In this document: positions 1 through 12,936 of the stretch, in pieces | How positions within the stretch are numbered: position 1 is the first letter of the stretch | Layout: each line of letters opens with the position of its first letter | NCBI GenBank assembly: GCA_951406725.2 | Contig: OX597837.1 | Location: forward strand, 13,268,001 to 13,332,000 | Source: Octopus vulgaris | Taxonomy: Eukaryota | Direction of reading: 5' to 3' | Length of the DNA: 64,000 nucleotides | Program-made: the position numbers and the translations under genes | Notes under the pieces: model-generated | Told to the model about the DNA's origin: nothing | Seen by the model: the letters and a program-made list of their open reading frames with translations, nothing else | The model's database searches: none

Positions 1-159
1 CCCGTGTTTAAAGAAACGATTGAAATAGAATTAGTCGTTGAGCTAATGCTATATTTTCCTCATTTTCATAAGCAATTTTAATGAGGTATTTAATCTTCAC
101 CACATTTGATATGTTCGCTAACGTTGCTTTTGTTACAAATAGTCATATGATTATAAAGT

Positions 160-355
160 TACACACACATATACACGCGCCTGCGCATAGACACCACGAA
201 CAACACCAAACCTCACAAACACACTTATACGTACACATATACATGCAAACATACAAATATATATACCTACATCCATACATATATGCATATACGTACATAT
301 ATACATGTGCGTGTGTGCATGCGTGCGTGTGTGCATGCGTGCGTGCGTGTGTGTG

Positions 356-393
<38 letters not shown>

Positions 394-705
394 TTCTTGT
401 ACATATACACAAGCACACACATACATTCAGAGACAGAGGGGAGAGAGAATGGTATGTGTGTGTGCGTATGCATATATATTTATATACATATATATATATG
501 CATTCTTATACATATACACAAACACACACATACACACATATATATATAGAGAGAGAATGGTGTGTTTGTGTGTATATATATATATATATATATGCATTCT
601 TATGCATATGCACAAACATATACACACATATATTAGAGGAAGAGAGAGAGAATGGTGTGTGTGTGCGTGTTCATGTGTATGTGTGTGCGTGCGTGTGTGA
701 GTGAG
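160..705. repeat. Compound (CA/TA/GT) microsatellite forming ~100-bp higher-order units
   Basis: gcattctt...gagagaatggt recurs three times between 390 and 660. Confidence 0.85.
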
Positions 706-846
706 TGTAAGTCTGTATGCATTTGTTTAAGCGAGGGATATCCTGTGACAATTTTTCTTCTTCTTCTTCTGTAGTAGAACTTCCTGCAGTAAGTAGATGC
801 ATCTAGAAGGTTCTCTTGAAGTGCATCCTTCCCGCTCTTTGTACGC

Positions 847-879
<33 letters not shown>

Positions 880-1244
880 GCGCGCGCTTCCATTGCCATC
901 CTTTACCAATTCCTTTGTCACCAAACCGTTCTTCTACCCCCCGACCCCACCCCGACACTTACTGACATCCACTCACCCCCCACCCCCACCAACTCCAGCT
1001 TCGTAGCTTTGCTAAAAACACGTGTCGTTCTCTGCTACGCTTTCTTTCATAAATTTATATACACCTCCCGTCTATTCATTCCAGTGTGTGTGTGTGTGTG
1101 TACGTGTATTTATACATATATATTTTATATATATATATACACACACACACGCACACATACATGCACACGCGCATTCATGTTTGAGTGTATGTGCAAGTTA
1201 TATGTATACAATATATATATATACACATCATGTAGATTTGTACT

Positions 1245-1283
<39 letters not shown>

Positions 1284-3578
1284 GTGTGCAGGTGCGTTTG
1301 TGCGCATATATATATGCACACACATACAGCTGGAGACGAAAAAGTGGAATAAAGCTGAAAAGGCGATCCGACTGGAGAGAAGCAAAAGGACAACCCAGAG
1401 TTGAGAAACGGGAGGAGGAAGTCATCGTTAGCCTGTGCTCCATAGAAAGCGAAGGGCCTAAGAGAAGACTCGACTATAAAAGCAAGATTCTATTAGTCTA
1501 TTAATGGTAATTGATAACTTGCAAGACCTGGAAGAGGAAGGCCTTCTCTCGGGGAAACTACAATAGAGCAGGGATCCAGCGGGAGAGTGACAGAGAAGAC
1601 AGTCCAGAGTTGAGAAGCAGTGAAGGAAAGTCATCACCAGCCTATGCCCCACAGAAAGTGAAGGGCTTAAGTGAAGACTCACCCAAAAGAAGGCAGTGTT
1701 GGATTACTTCTCCTTCTAACTTGATAAAGAACGGCTGTCCGAAACATCGATACATTTTCCTTTCCCCCACAGTGCACTGCATTGGCCAGTGTGCAAAATA
1801 ATTAACTTATTGAATTACTTAACTTACAAAATAACGAACTTTAAAGAATAAGTAAAGTTCTTTTCATAGATCATCGTCTAATGCAGCCGTTTGCATCATC
1901 TCCCGATGATGTTCCCTGCGGTCATTGAGTGCTTTAAGTTTTTCAGCAATAACATCCTGAACCAGGCAACCCAACTAGGAGTGATTAAGCTTGTATTCAG
2001 TCAGCATTACACCGCATATTTATTTACAGCGGTGACGTAGGCAAAACCCGGATTTGCCGATTATGAATTAATAAAGAACTTTGAGAATTGTCTGCTCAGA
2101 TATATTTGACATTTCTTTCGCTTCAATGTTCAGCAGTATTCAGACAATCCCTGGTTAGGAAGTGCTGAGAATCCGGAAGCCGGACAATCATAGGTTGCTA
2201 ATTTAACATTCTCTGACTGATGACCTTACAGGTTATTATTTCACTGGCAGCCGGACATTCCTTAACTGGTGACTGAGTAACCTCAAGCCATTAGTCACAT
2301 CAATCAGATCACCACAAGTCACCAACTGGACACATTCTAACAGGCAACTAGAAAAAACCCAAATGAGTCTCTGGTGACGTCATTTTAGTTATTTGTTTAT
2401 CTATTTATTTTCTTTTACTTAGACTGCGGCCATGCTGGAACACCATCTTAAAGAATTTTACTCGAACCAATCGACACCGGGGATCTTTTCAATTGTGTGG
2501 CCAGGAACCCAGATCTTTCTACTTAACTAAATAATTTGAAACTTCGTATGCTGGTATCGTTATTGTTTTGTTTACATTTGTTTACATACCATATGTTTAC
2601 TACGTCACCAAATTGGTGGTCGAGACGGAGTAAATAATATGAAGCCGAAAGACGGAATACCATTGGTTAAAATTCTAATTCTTAAACAATGTTAAACTTA
2701 GAAGTTACAATTCCATTTTCATTCTGGTTTACAATTAAGTTTACTTTTGACACATTCTACCAGTATACGAAGTTTCAAATTGTTTGGTTCAGTAGGAAAA
2801 ATTTGGAAAAACTGGCTTCACAAATGAAAAGATCCGATACCGGTGTTAATGTTTTAAGTCTAGTACTTGCTCCATCGGTGTCTTTTGCCGAACCGCTAAG
2901 TTACGGGGACATAAGCAGGCCAACACTGGTTCTCAAGCGGTAGTGGGGAACGAGGAAAAACACACACACACACACACACACATACATACACACACACGCA
3001 CGGACGTACGTACGTACATACATATTTACATCATACGTACATACATACGTACGTACATACATACATACATGCAAACATACATACGTACGTACGTAAATAC
3101 ATACGTACGTAAATACATACATTCAGTTTCCGTCTACCAAATCCACTCACAAGGCTTTGGTCGGCCCGAGACTATAGCAGAAGACACTTGCCCAAGGTGC
3201 CACGCAGTGGGACCGAACCCGGTACCATGTGGTTGGGAAGCAAGCTTCTTGCTACGCAGCCACGCCTTATTCGTCCACTTATTTTCGACCAGGAACCACG
3301 ATTCATTGGAAACGCCAGAGAACGTTGCTGGATTGGACATTAAACGTTTAGTTGAACCTCTTTTCATTCTCATCCTATGTTTATGAAGAGAAAGAAAGAA
3401 AGAAGGAAAGAATGGGAGAGAGATGGTGGGGAGGGAGTGGTGGCACTCGTTTGTTCATGTAATTGCTGCGAGGGGGAAATGCTGCAATATTTCTCGGAAT
3501 CTAGTTATGGTTTGGCATGCGAAGAATTCGGCGTCGTCTGACGTTATAATAATGGATATAATGATAGTTATAATAATG

Positions 3579-3584
3579 GCGGTG

Positions 3585-3642
<58 letters not shown>

Positions 3643-3781
3643 TGGTGGTGGTGGTGGTGGTGGTGGTGGTGTAGTAGTAGTAGTAGTAGTGGGTGTGGTG
3701 GTGGTGTGTGTGTGTAGTAGTAGTAGTGGTGGTGGTGGTAGTAGTAGTGGTGGTAGTAGTGGTGGTAGTAGTAGTAGTGGC

Positions 3782-3812
<31 letters not shown>

Positions 3813-3840
3813 GCAGCAGCAGCAGTAGCGGAGGTGGTAC
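3579..3840. repeat. (GTA)n/(GTG)n trinucleotide microsatellite
   Basis: Directly visible; explains the poly-V and poly-T ORFs. Confidence 0.95.
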
Positions 3841-4998
3841 TGAGAGCGGTGGCTATTTCTGAAACAAGTGACAGATAAATAAATAAATAACAGCCAACGC
3901 GCTCAGTCATTTCTGTCACCTTGTTCTGCCAGAAGTGAATTCTAATGTTTCAAGAATTGTATGTGGGAGTGAGGAGGGGGTTGTCTTGTTTTCTTTCTTT
4001 GATTTTGTGGAGGCAATAATTAAATTATTCATTAAATAAATAAATAAATAAATAAACCTTGTAACGGAAACTGAAAGAAGCCCGTCCTATGTGTGTGTGT
4101 GTGTGTGTGTTTCTGTGTCTGTATTTTCCGCCACCACCGCTTGGCAACCGTTGTAACTTAGCAGTTCAGCAAAAAAGACGGATAGAGTAAGCACCAGGCT
4201 TAACAAAAAAGAATAAGTATTGGAGTCGATTCATTCGACTAAAACAAATTCTTGAAGGCGGTGCCCCAGCATGGCCGCAGTCTAATGACTGAAACAAGTA
4301 GCAGATAAATAAATAAATAACAGCCAACGCGCTCAGTCATTTCTGTCCCTTATTCCTGAGAAGGTCAAGGAGGCAGTGCCCTCAGACCCCTTCTCCACAG
4401 GGTCCTGTCACAAGAAAGTTGTCCTTATACTTTCCCAAGCGTGACCAACTGAAACTCTGGTATCGTGCAACCGTTTCGCTCGTGGCCTACCCCCAGGGTC
4501 TCCCGCTGGTTAATTCGACTTAAAGAATCCGCCTTGATATAGATACAGATTTTTCTCTACAACTGCTTCAACTGCATAATATGAATTTTAAGTACTTTAA
4601 TTATATTCATTGAGCTGATACCCACTTTTGAGCCATCGTGTAGTTCACCGCTGGGTTTCTTGGATATGAAAGACGGTGTCTGAGTAATACGCAATGAACA
4701 GTACATACCTGTTTCTTTACTACCCACAAAGGGCTAAACACAGAGAGGACAAACAAGGACAAACGGATTAAGTCGATTACATCGACCCCAGTGCGTAACT
4801 GGTACTTAATTTATTGACCCTTAATTTCTGAGAGCAGTCAGGTTCAATTTTAGTATTCTCGTTTGTGAGAGCAGTCGAGTTTATTTAAGATATTCTCGTT
4901 TTAAGAAACATCTCCGGCTAATCATTGAGAGGACATTGATGTTGACTTGGCGGAAGTTTGCGCTATCTGAGTGCTTTTGTTATCATTTGTAATGTGGC

Positions 4999-5360
4999 AA
5001 GGCGGCGAGCTGGCAGAAGCGTTAGCACGCCGGGCGAAGTGCTTAGGGGTATTTCGTCTGCCGCTACGTTCTGAGTTCAAATTCTGCCTTTCATCCTTTT
5101 CGGGGCCGATTAAATAAGTACCAGTTACGCACTGGGGTCGATATAATCGACTTAATCCGTTTGTCTGTCCTTGTTTGTCTCCTATGTGTTTAGCCCCTTG
5201 TGGGTAGTAAAGAAATAGGTATTTCGTCTGCCGTTACGTTCTGAGTTCAAATTCTGCCGAGGTAGACTTTGCCTTTCATCCTTTCGGCCAGTCGATAAAT
5301 TAAGTACCAGTTGCGTACCGGGAACGATCTAATTTCGGGCCCTGTGCCTAGAGTAGAAAC
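4999..5360 (+). mobile_element. SINE family B (Meta-domain type)
   Basis: Head GGCGGCGAGCTGGCAGAA..GTTAGCAC, GAGTTCAAATTC B-box, central GCCTTTCATCCTTTCGGGGTCGATAAAT.AAGTACC present twice; flanking duplication atttgtaatgtg. Confidence 0.8.
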
Positions 5361-6062
5361 CATTATTTGTAATGTGAAGAAATGGCAGAATCTTTAGCAG
5401 GTCGGACAAAATGCCTTGCGGAGGTTCTTCCAGCTCTTTACGTTTTGAGTTCAAATCCCGCTGGGACAGACCTTGCTTTTCATCTCTGCGGAGTCGATAA
5501 AATAAGTACCAGTTGAATACTGGGGTTGATGTAATCGACTATCGCACACCTGAAGTATTGCTGGCCTTGTGCTAAAATTATTACTGTAAGAATAGAAGCG
5601 TTGAAGCGTCGGTAAAAATGCTTTTCGGTATTCCTGCTGTTTACGTTCTGGGTTCAAATCCCACCGTGGTCAACTTTTCCTTTTATCCCTCCGATAAAAG
5701 AAGACACTAGTCAGGTACTGGGGCTGATGGTGTTGATTGACATCCTCCCTTCAAATTTGCTGGTTAATTAATTAATTAATTAACGACCTTCTCTCTCTTT
5801 TTTACTCTTTTACTTGTTTCAGTAAAACGTTAACTCGAATAGTTTCCCAAGAGTTATTTCCCTTAGATAAGTTGCTTATAAAGTAACTTAAAATCAATTG
5901 AGAGAGATTCGGGGTGGAAAGACTTGGTTTACATCTTTCACTAAGTTGCTACCGGAAACCGTATCTCAGCGCACGCATGACTGTTTGGTAAGAAGCCTGC
6001 TTCCCAATCACATGGTTCTGAGTTCAGTCCCACTGATTGTCACCTTGGGCAAGTGTCTTCTA

Positions 6063-6095
<33 letters not shown>

Positions 6096-6098
<3 letters not shown>

Positions 6099-6510
6099 TT
6101 TATCTTTTACTCTTTTACTTCTTTCAGTCATTTGACTGCGGCCATGCTGGAGCACCGCCTTTAATCGAGCAACTCGACCCCGGGACTTATTCTTTTTTTT
6201 GTAAGCCCAGTACTTATTCTATCGGTCTCTTTTGCCGAACCGCTAAGTAACGGAGACATAAACACACCAGCATCGGTTGTCAAGCAATACTAGGGGGACA
6301 AACACAGACACACAAACAAACACACATACATATATATACATATATACGACAGGCTTCTTTCAGTTTCCGTCTACCAAATCCACTCACAAGGCATTGGTCG
6401 GCCCGGGGCTATAGCAGAAGACACTTTCCCAAGATGCCACGCAGTGGGACTGAACCCGGAACCATGTGGTTGGTTAGCAAGCTACTTACCACACAGCCAC
6501 TCCTACGCCT
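6096..6510 (-). mobile_element. tRNA-derived SINE family A (CORE-like box), full length
   Basis: Head GGCG(C/T)AGGAGTGGCTGTGTGGTAAG...GGTTC, CTTGGG(C/A)AAGTGTCTT box, internal (TA/TG)n, AAAGAG tail. Many further copies occur across the window. Confidence 0.85.
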
Positions 6511-6524
6511 ATATATATATATAT

Positions 6525-6893
6525 GTGGAAGCACTCCATCGGTTACGACGACGAGGGTTCCGGTTGATCCGATCAACGGAACAGCCTGCTCGTGAAATTA
6601 ACGTGTAAGTGGCTGAGCACTCCACGGACACGTGTACCCTTAACGTAGTTCTCGGGGATATTCAGCGTGACACAGAGAGTGACAAGGCTGGCCCTTTGAA
6701 ATACAGGTACAACAGAAACAGGAAGTAAGAGTGAGAGAAAGTTGTGGTGAAAGAGTACAGCAGGGATCACCACCATCCCCTGCCGGAGCCTCGTGGAGCT
6801 TTAGATGTTTTCGCTCAATAAACACTCACAACGCCCGGTCTGGGAATCGAAACCACGATCCTATGACCGCGAGTCCGCTGCCCTAACCATTGG

Positions 6894-6897
<4 letters not shown>
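6525..6897 (-). mobile_element. tRNA-derived SINE family D (tRNA-Arg-like head)
   Basis: Head TGGCCCAATGGTTAGGGCAGCGGACTCGCGGTCATAGGATCGTGGTTTCGATTCCC. The tail also occurs at 51588-51725 and 56635-56815. Confidence 0.8.
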
Positions 6898-6932
<35 letters not shown>

Positions 6933-7799
6933 TTATATACATACATACATACGATGCCTATAATCATAGGCGAAATTAGATCTAGCCTGGGGAACCGTCA
7001 AGCTGTCATGAGGCCTTTGCCCCCCCCCCCCCCCGTTCAGAATGTGTGTTGACACTGCGCTCCTCCTACAACATTGAGAGTATTTTAACTCTTGTTTCTA
7101 GCAATGTAGCTGCTCCAGCATCCTTAGTCACAATCATTGACAACTGAACTTTTCCTGTTTGTGTGTGCATGTTTGTCCCCATCCACCGCTTGACAACCGC
7201 TGTTGGTGTGTTTACGTCCATTTAACTTAGCTGTTCGGCATGAGAGACGATGGAAGAATTTTTAATCAAGTGCATCGAACCCAGTACTTGGTTTTTTTTT
7301 CTTTTCTCACTAAAGCCTGGTAATTATTCTAAGTGGTGCTCCAGCATGGTCGAAGTCTAATGACTAAAACGAGTAAGAAGATAAAAGGCGACGTTGCCTT
7401 TCTGCTTTGCATAACAAACTTTTCTAAGTATTTTCTTCGTTTTACTTTCTCAATATTTTTATCTTTTACTTCTTTCAGTCAACACACCAATTGAAATCTC
7501 AATTGCAAAAGCAATATATCTCAACAACTGGGTCACATGGCTTCACAAATCTAAAATATAACTCTGCTTTATGTACTGGATACTTGTTTCATACCTATAT
7601 ATATATATATCTGTGCTGGTGGCACGTAAAAAGCACCCACTACACTCACGGAGTGGTTGGCGTTAGGAAGGGCATCCAGCTGTAGAAACACTGCCAGATC
7701 AGACTGGAACCTGGTGCAGCCTTCTGGCTTCCCAGACCCCAGTTGAACTGTCCAACCCATGCTAGCATGGAAAACGGACGTTAAATGTTGATGATGATG

Positions 7800-7831
<32 letters not shown>

Positions 7832-8626
7832 ACATGAAGTTGTATGTTGGTGTAAATGGTTAGCCCCACACGTACAGGAAAACCTAATTTTTTTCCGTTG
7901 AGGACTTATTATATGCCCCGTTATTAGACAATTTTCTTTAGTTATTGCATGGTGATAGCTTTAAGCTTATAGAATACTATTATTATTATTATAAAGGGTC
8001 AGTCACATAAGATTAATACCCCAAATCACAATATAGAGCTGACTGCTGGTTAAGTGTTTACTTTATGAAAATGGTCCATAGGATTGAGTCTTGGGGGGTC
8101 GGGGGGGGGGCATCAAGGATTCCGGACTAATGTCCAGTGGATAGAATTTCAGTTTGAGTGTGTGTATGTGTTGTCTGTGTGTATGCGTGTTGTGTCTTGT
8201 GTTGTATGTGTGTGTGTGTATGTGTGTTGTGTCTTATCTTGTGTTGTATGTGTGTGTGTGCATGTATGCGTGTGTATGTGTGTGCATGTATGCCTCTGTG
8301 TGTGTGTGTGTGCATGCATGTGTTTTACTGTCTCTCTATCTCGAGAGCACGTGATGGTCGTAAACAAGTGCCACCATCATACGAGCGGTGTCCTTTGCTT
8401 CCAATCTTCCATGGAAACATGTCTGGTTATAGGGAAATATTACCTTCTTTCGAAACAGGTGAGGGTTGACAACAACAAGAAGGCATCAAGCCTCAACAAA
8501 TTCCATCCGACCCCCAACAAGCATGGAAAACTCATAATATCAAAAAACTTTTTTCTTTTTAATGAGAATTTCAGGAAATGTGATATTAACAAAATATATA
8601 TATATCTGATGCACAAACTATGTCCT

Positions 8627-8794
8627 TCATGGCACTTTTTTTTCAATGCAATCCATTTGCAACAAATCAGTGGACAATCTCCATAATTGTAGATTCGCAA
8701 CCAATGGAAAGTCCAATGCTAAATTTTCTACCTTACACTTGCTTTCGCCTGATTCATCTGTGTATACAAACCTAATTACTGCTGTCATTGGTTC
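8627..8794 (-). CDS. MALT1: MALT1 coding exon 15 (stop codon)
   Basis: EPMTAVIRFVYT...LDFPLVANLQLW...KKVP-stop (human GKPLIAKLDM). Possible ATTAAA polyA signal at 8558-8563. Confidence 0.87.
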   Translation of the reverse strand, partial: EPMTAVIRFVYTDESGESKCKVENLALDFPLVANLQLWRLSTDLLQMDCIEKKVP

Positions 8795-11700
8795 CTGCAA
8801 AAAAAAAACAGTATGCAAATTAGAAGAACTATTATTTGTACAAATTAACAAAATACAAATACATTTACTAAACAAGGCAAAAGTCACCAAACTCAGTTCG
8901 ATACCTAGTCAGAACAGAACTGAATTAAAGCAATATAACAGGTACCTATTTCTTTACTACCCACAAGGGGCTAAACACAGAGAGGACAAACAAGGACAGA
9001 CAAATGGATTAAGTCGATTATATCGACCCCAGCGCGTAACTGGTACTTATTTAATCGACCCCGAAAGGATGAAAGGCAAAGTCAACCTCGGCAGAATTTG
9101 AACTCAGAACGTAGCGGCAGACGAAATACTGCAAAGCACTGCCGCCCTGCATGCTAACGTTTCTGTCAGCTCGCCGCCTTAGATATAACAGGTACCATCC
9201 CACCCATGCTAGCATGGAAGACGGACGTTTAATGATGCTGATGATGATGATAAAGATGATGATGATGGTGATGAGGAACAAAACAATAAAAATTAAATTA
9301 CCTGTAATTTTTGAAGGTCCTTTACAACAATCCTTATTTTCTTCTTGTCGACTTGCAGGACAGAAGCTTTATCAGCCGTCAAAGTCTGCAGACAGAAATA
9401 AAGAACAAAATCCATGGCTATATATCACATTCCATTATTGAGATTCCTTCTTATTTGCTATCAGAGTTCTCTTGCAAATTCAAAGACACCATTGTTTTAT
9501 GAAATTAATGCACATCATCATTTAACATCCGTTGTCCATGCTGGCATGGGTTGCACGCTTTGACTGGGCTGGCACACTAGAAGACTGCACCAGGATCCAG
9601 TCTGATTTGGTATGGATTTCTTTGGCTGGATGCCCTTCCTAACGCTAACCACTCCAAGAGTGTAATGGGCGCTTTTATGTGCCACCAGTACAGGTGCCAT
9701 TTGTGTGACACCAGTATCTGCCACGACTGCAATTTTGCTTGGCTTGATGGGTCTTCTTCTCAAGCACGACATAATGCCAAAAGTCTTGACCTTTGCCTCC
9801 ATGAGGCCCAACACTCAAAAGGAACCCACTACACTCTTGGAGTGGTTGGCATTAGGAAGGGCGTCCAGCTGTAGAAACTTTGCCAGATCAGATTGGAGCC
9901 TGGTACAGCCTTCTGGCTCGCCAGTCCCCAGTCAAACTGTCCAACCCATGCCAGCATGGAAAGCGGATGGTAAACAACAATGATGATGATGACTCCCATT
10001 AAGGGTTAGGTTATAAAATACAATGACTTGGTTCACTTACCGAGGGTATGTTTGCTATCCAAGCATAGCAATCTGGAACAGATCCAGAATCCACAACAGT
10101 TACGGTTATTGACATCACATTGGAAAATTGAGAAGAAAATTCAACTTTTAATTTGGCACCAAATTCTTTGATGTCGACATGCATCGTTCGTGGCAACCCT
10201 AGAGATAAACGCAGACAAAAGAAATATTGTAATTATGACTAAACACAACACAAAACATGAGAGGGAAAACATAATTAACCCTTTCGTTACCAACCCGGCC
10301 AAAACCGGCTCTGGCTCTGTAGTACAAATGTCTTGTTTTCATAAGTTTTACATCAAAATATACCACCAAACTTTAGTCACAATTTATATTCCTAATACTA
10401 GCTTAATGATAACTAAGTTATTTTACTAAATTATTTGTTATATTTAAAATAATTGAAAGAAACACAGAGCATCTCAAAATGAATACAGTAACAAAAGGGT
10501 TAAACCTGTTATTGACGAACATACACATGCATTTTCATACATGCATGCGTGTGAAGATGCTGGGCCAGTGGTAAGGCATGTTGCACTCATGACCATGAGA
10601 TCATGCATTCAATTCCCAGGCCAGCTCCACATTTATTCTTGAGCAAAACACTTCATTTCACAATGCTTAACTCCACTCAACAGTAAATGGCTAACCCCTG
10701 CGCGATGAGCCAGCCTTCCAATCAGGGGTGGATGTTGGCCTGGCCACCAGCAGAGTGGCATCATTCAAAAGCTAAAGAAACAATGCAAAATGCATTGTGA
10801 CAGCAATAGTCTGGTTGATGTGATGACATGATCTATCTATCTGTCTGTCATCTTCTTTCCATACTAGCATGGGTTGGATGCTAGTATGGAAAGCTCTGTG
10901 TGTGTATGTGTGCAAACTCACAAATATATTAGAATGCTTTTGGTCTTCGATCTGTAACTTGATTAGAGCACAACTAAATAGAATGTTCTTTTCTACTCTA
11001 GGCACAGGGCCCAAAATTTTGGGGTGGGGCCCAGTTAATTAGATCAACTGGTACTTAATTTATCAACACCAAAAGGATGAAAGGCAAAGTCAACCTCGGC
11101 GGAATTTGAACTCAGAACATAAAGACAGATGAAATACCTATTTCTTTACAACCCACAAGGGGCTAAACACAGAGAGGACAAACAAGGACAGACAAATGGA
11201 TTGAATCGATTGTATCAACCCCAGTGCATAACTGGTACTTATTTAATCGGGCCCCGAAAGGATGAAAGGCAAAGTTGACCTCAGCGGAATTTGAACTCAG
11301 AACATAGCGGCAGACGAAATACCGCTAAGCATTTCGCCCGGCGTGCTAACAATTCTGACAGCTCACCACATTATACGAAGTAAAATATTAACACCCTGAA
11401 AGATTTAATTCCGAGCTTTAATCCTTTACAATCTCCTCCTACTAGTCCATTCTCCATCCTTCTCTACCTAAGTTATATGTCATCCACATGAAATAATAGC
11501 CACATGATGTAACTCACTAATTGCCTGCATCCACAGGTGAGAACGTATGTTGTATTCTTGCGTGTGATTGGTTGTGTTAATTTGGTCTGATAACGATATG
11601 TTCACATTGGCTAAATTGCTGTATAACTCTGGGTTCTGCTGTTTTGGCAGCACCTTTGAGTTGGTGGCAATTGCTAAAAGAAAGGAAAAAAACAACATTA

Positions 11701-12179
11701 TTTAATCAACCAATATAAAACAAAAAAAATTAATGGTTAACAGCCCCGTTTTACAACCACATGGTATTGGGTTCAGTCCCATCTGTATTATAAATTAATG
11801 GTAAAATACTTCTTTACCTTCACCCGTTTAATACAATAAACAAGTTAATTGCATTGCAATTAAAAACATTTATGTATTAAGAATTTGGGTACTTTACCAA
11901 CAGTATATTGGATAAATGCTATCCCTTAGTGGGTTGCACCCATAACCCCTAACTTACTTTGTGTTATAAATATATATTTGTATATATATATTTAAAATTT
12001 ATAAGTTTAAATTAATTTTATGTATTGGCTTATGTTTTTCACTGTTTGATTTGCCTAATAGTGGTTTTATCTCTAATTTAATATAATATAATATAATATA
12101 ATATATTTATACTATAAAATTGGATTTAATCCTAAATCTAATTTTTCCCTGTAAGTTTGGATTTATTCCCTAATATTAT

Positions 12180-12239
<60 letters not shown>

Positions 12240-12621
12240 GATTTTTTGACTCTGATAATGTTACTACTGCAACAATCATCAACAATATTTTCAATCGAGT
12301 AAACCGATCCATGAATGCACTCAAAATATGTATCTGAAACAGCTGTAAGTCTGTAATGCACAAATAAAGGTGTAAAGCTCATTATTTATGCTTATATACA
12401 TGCATACATATATATATATATATAAGCAAAAGCTGTAGTAATAATAGCAAAGGAAAGGTCCTCTCTTACCATGTCGCACTTTCCCGAACATTGCCTCCAC
12501 AGTGTCATCGGAGTAGAGATAGTCTTTTAAGACATACACAAAATTTCCCATTCTGCCATTCAAAGGTTCAAAAGCACTTTGTCCTCGAGAGCTGAAATGC
12601 AAAGAAAGGCAGAGTATTAAA

Positions 12622-12676
<55 letters not shown>

Positions 12677-12683
12677 TCATCAT

Positions 12684-12724
<41 letters not shown>

Positions 12725-12893
12725 CAGGCACAGGAGTGGCTGTGTAGTAAGTAGCTTGCTTCCCAACCACATGGTTACGGGTTCAGTCCCACTACGTGGC
12801 ACCTTGGGCAAGTGTCTTCTACTATAGCCTCGGGCCGACCAGAGCCTTGTGAGTGGATTTGGTAGACGGAAACTGAAAGAAGCCTGTCATATA

Positions 12894-12936
<43 letters not shown>

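Noticed and set aside
700-1000. Possible exon or first exon of a neighbouring gene
   Set aside because: Splice-like signals exist but give no consistent exon or recognisable peptide.
81-1504. Long Y/I/H/T/C/V-rich ORFs
   Set aside because: They are translations of (TA)n/(CA)n/(GT)n microsatellites with no splice context.
1900-2660. CpG-containing stretch with CRE half-sites and CCGGA motifs as a promoter
   Set aside because: No linked exon found; it could equally be an old repeat.
3423-3919. Poly-Val / mucin-like poly-Thr ORFs
   Set aside because: (GTA/GTG)n trinucleotide repeat.
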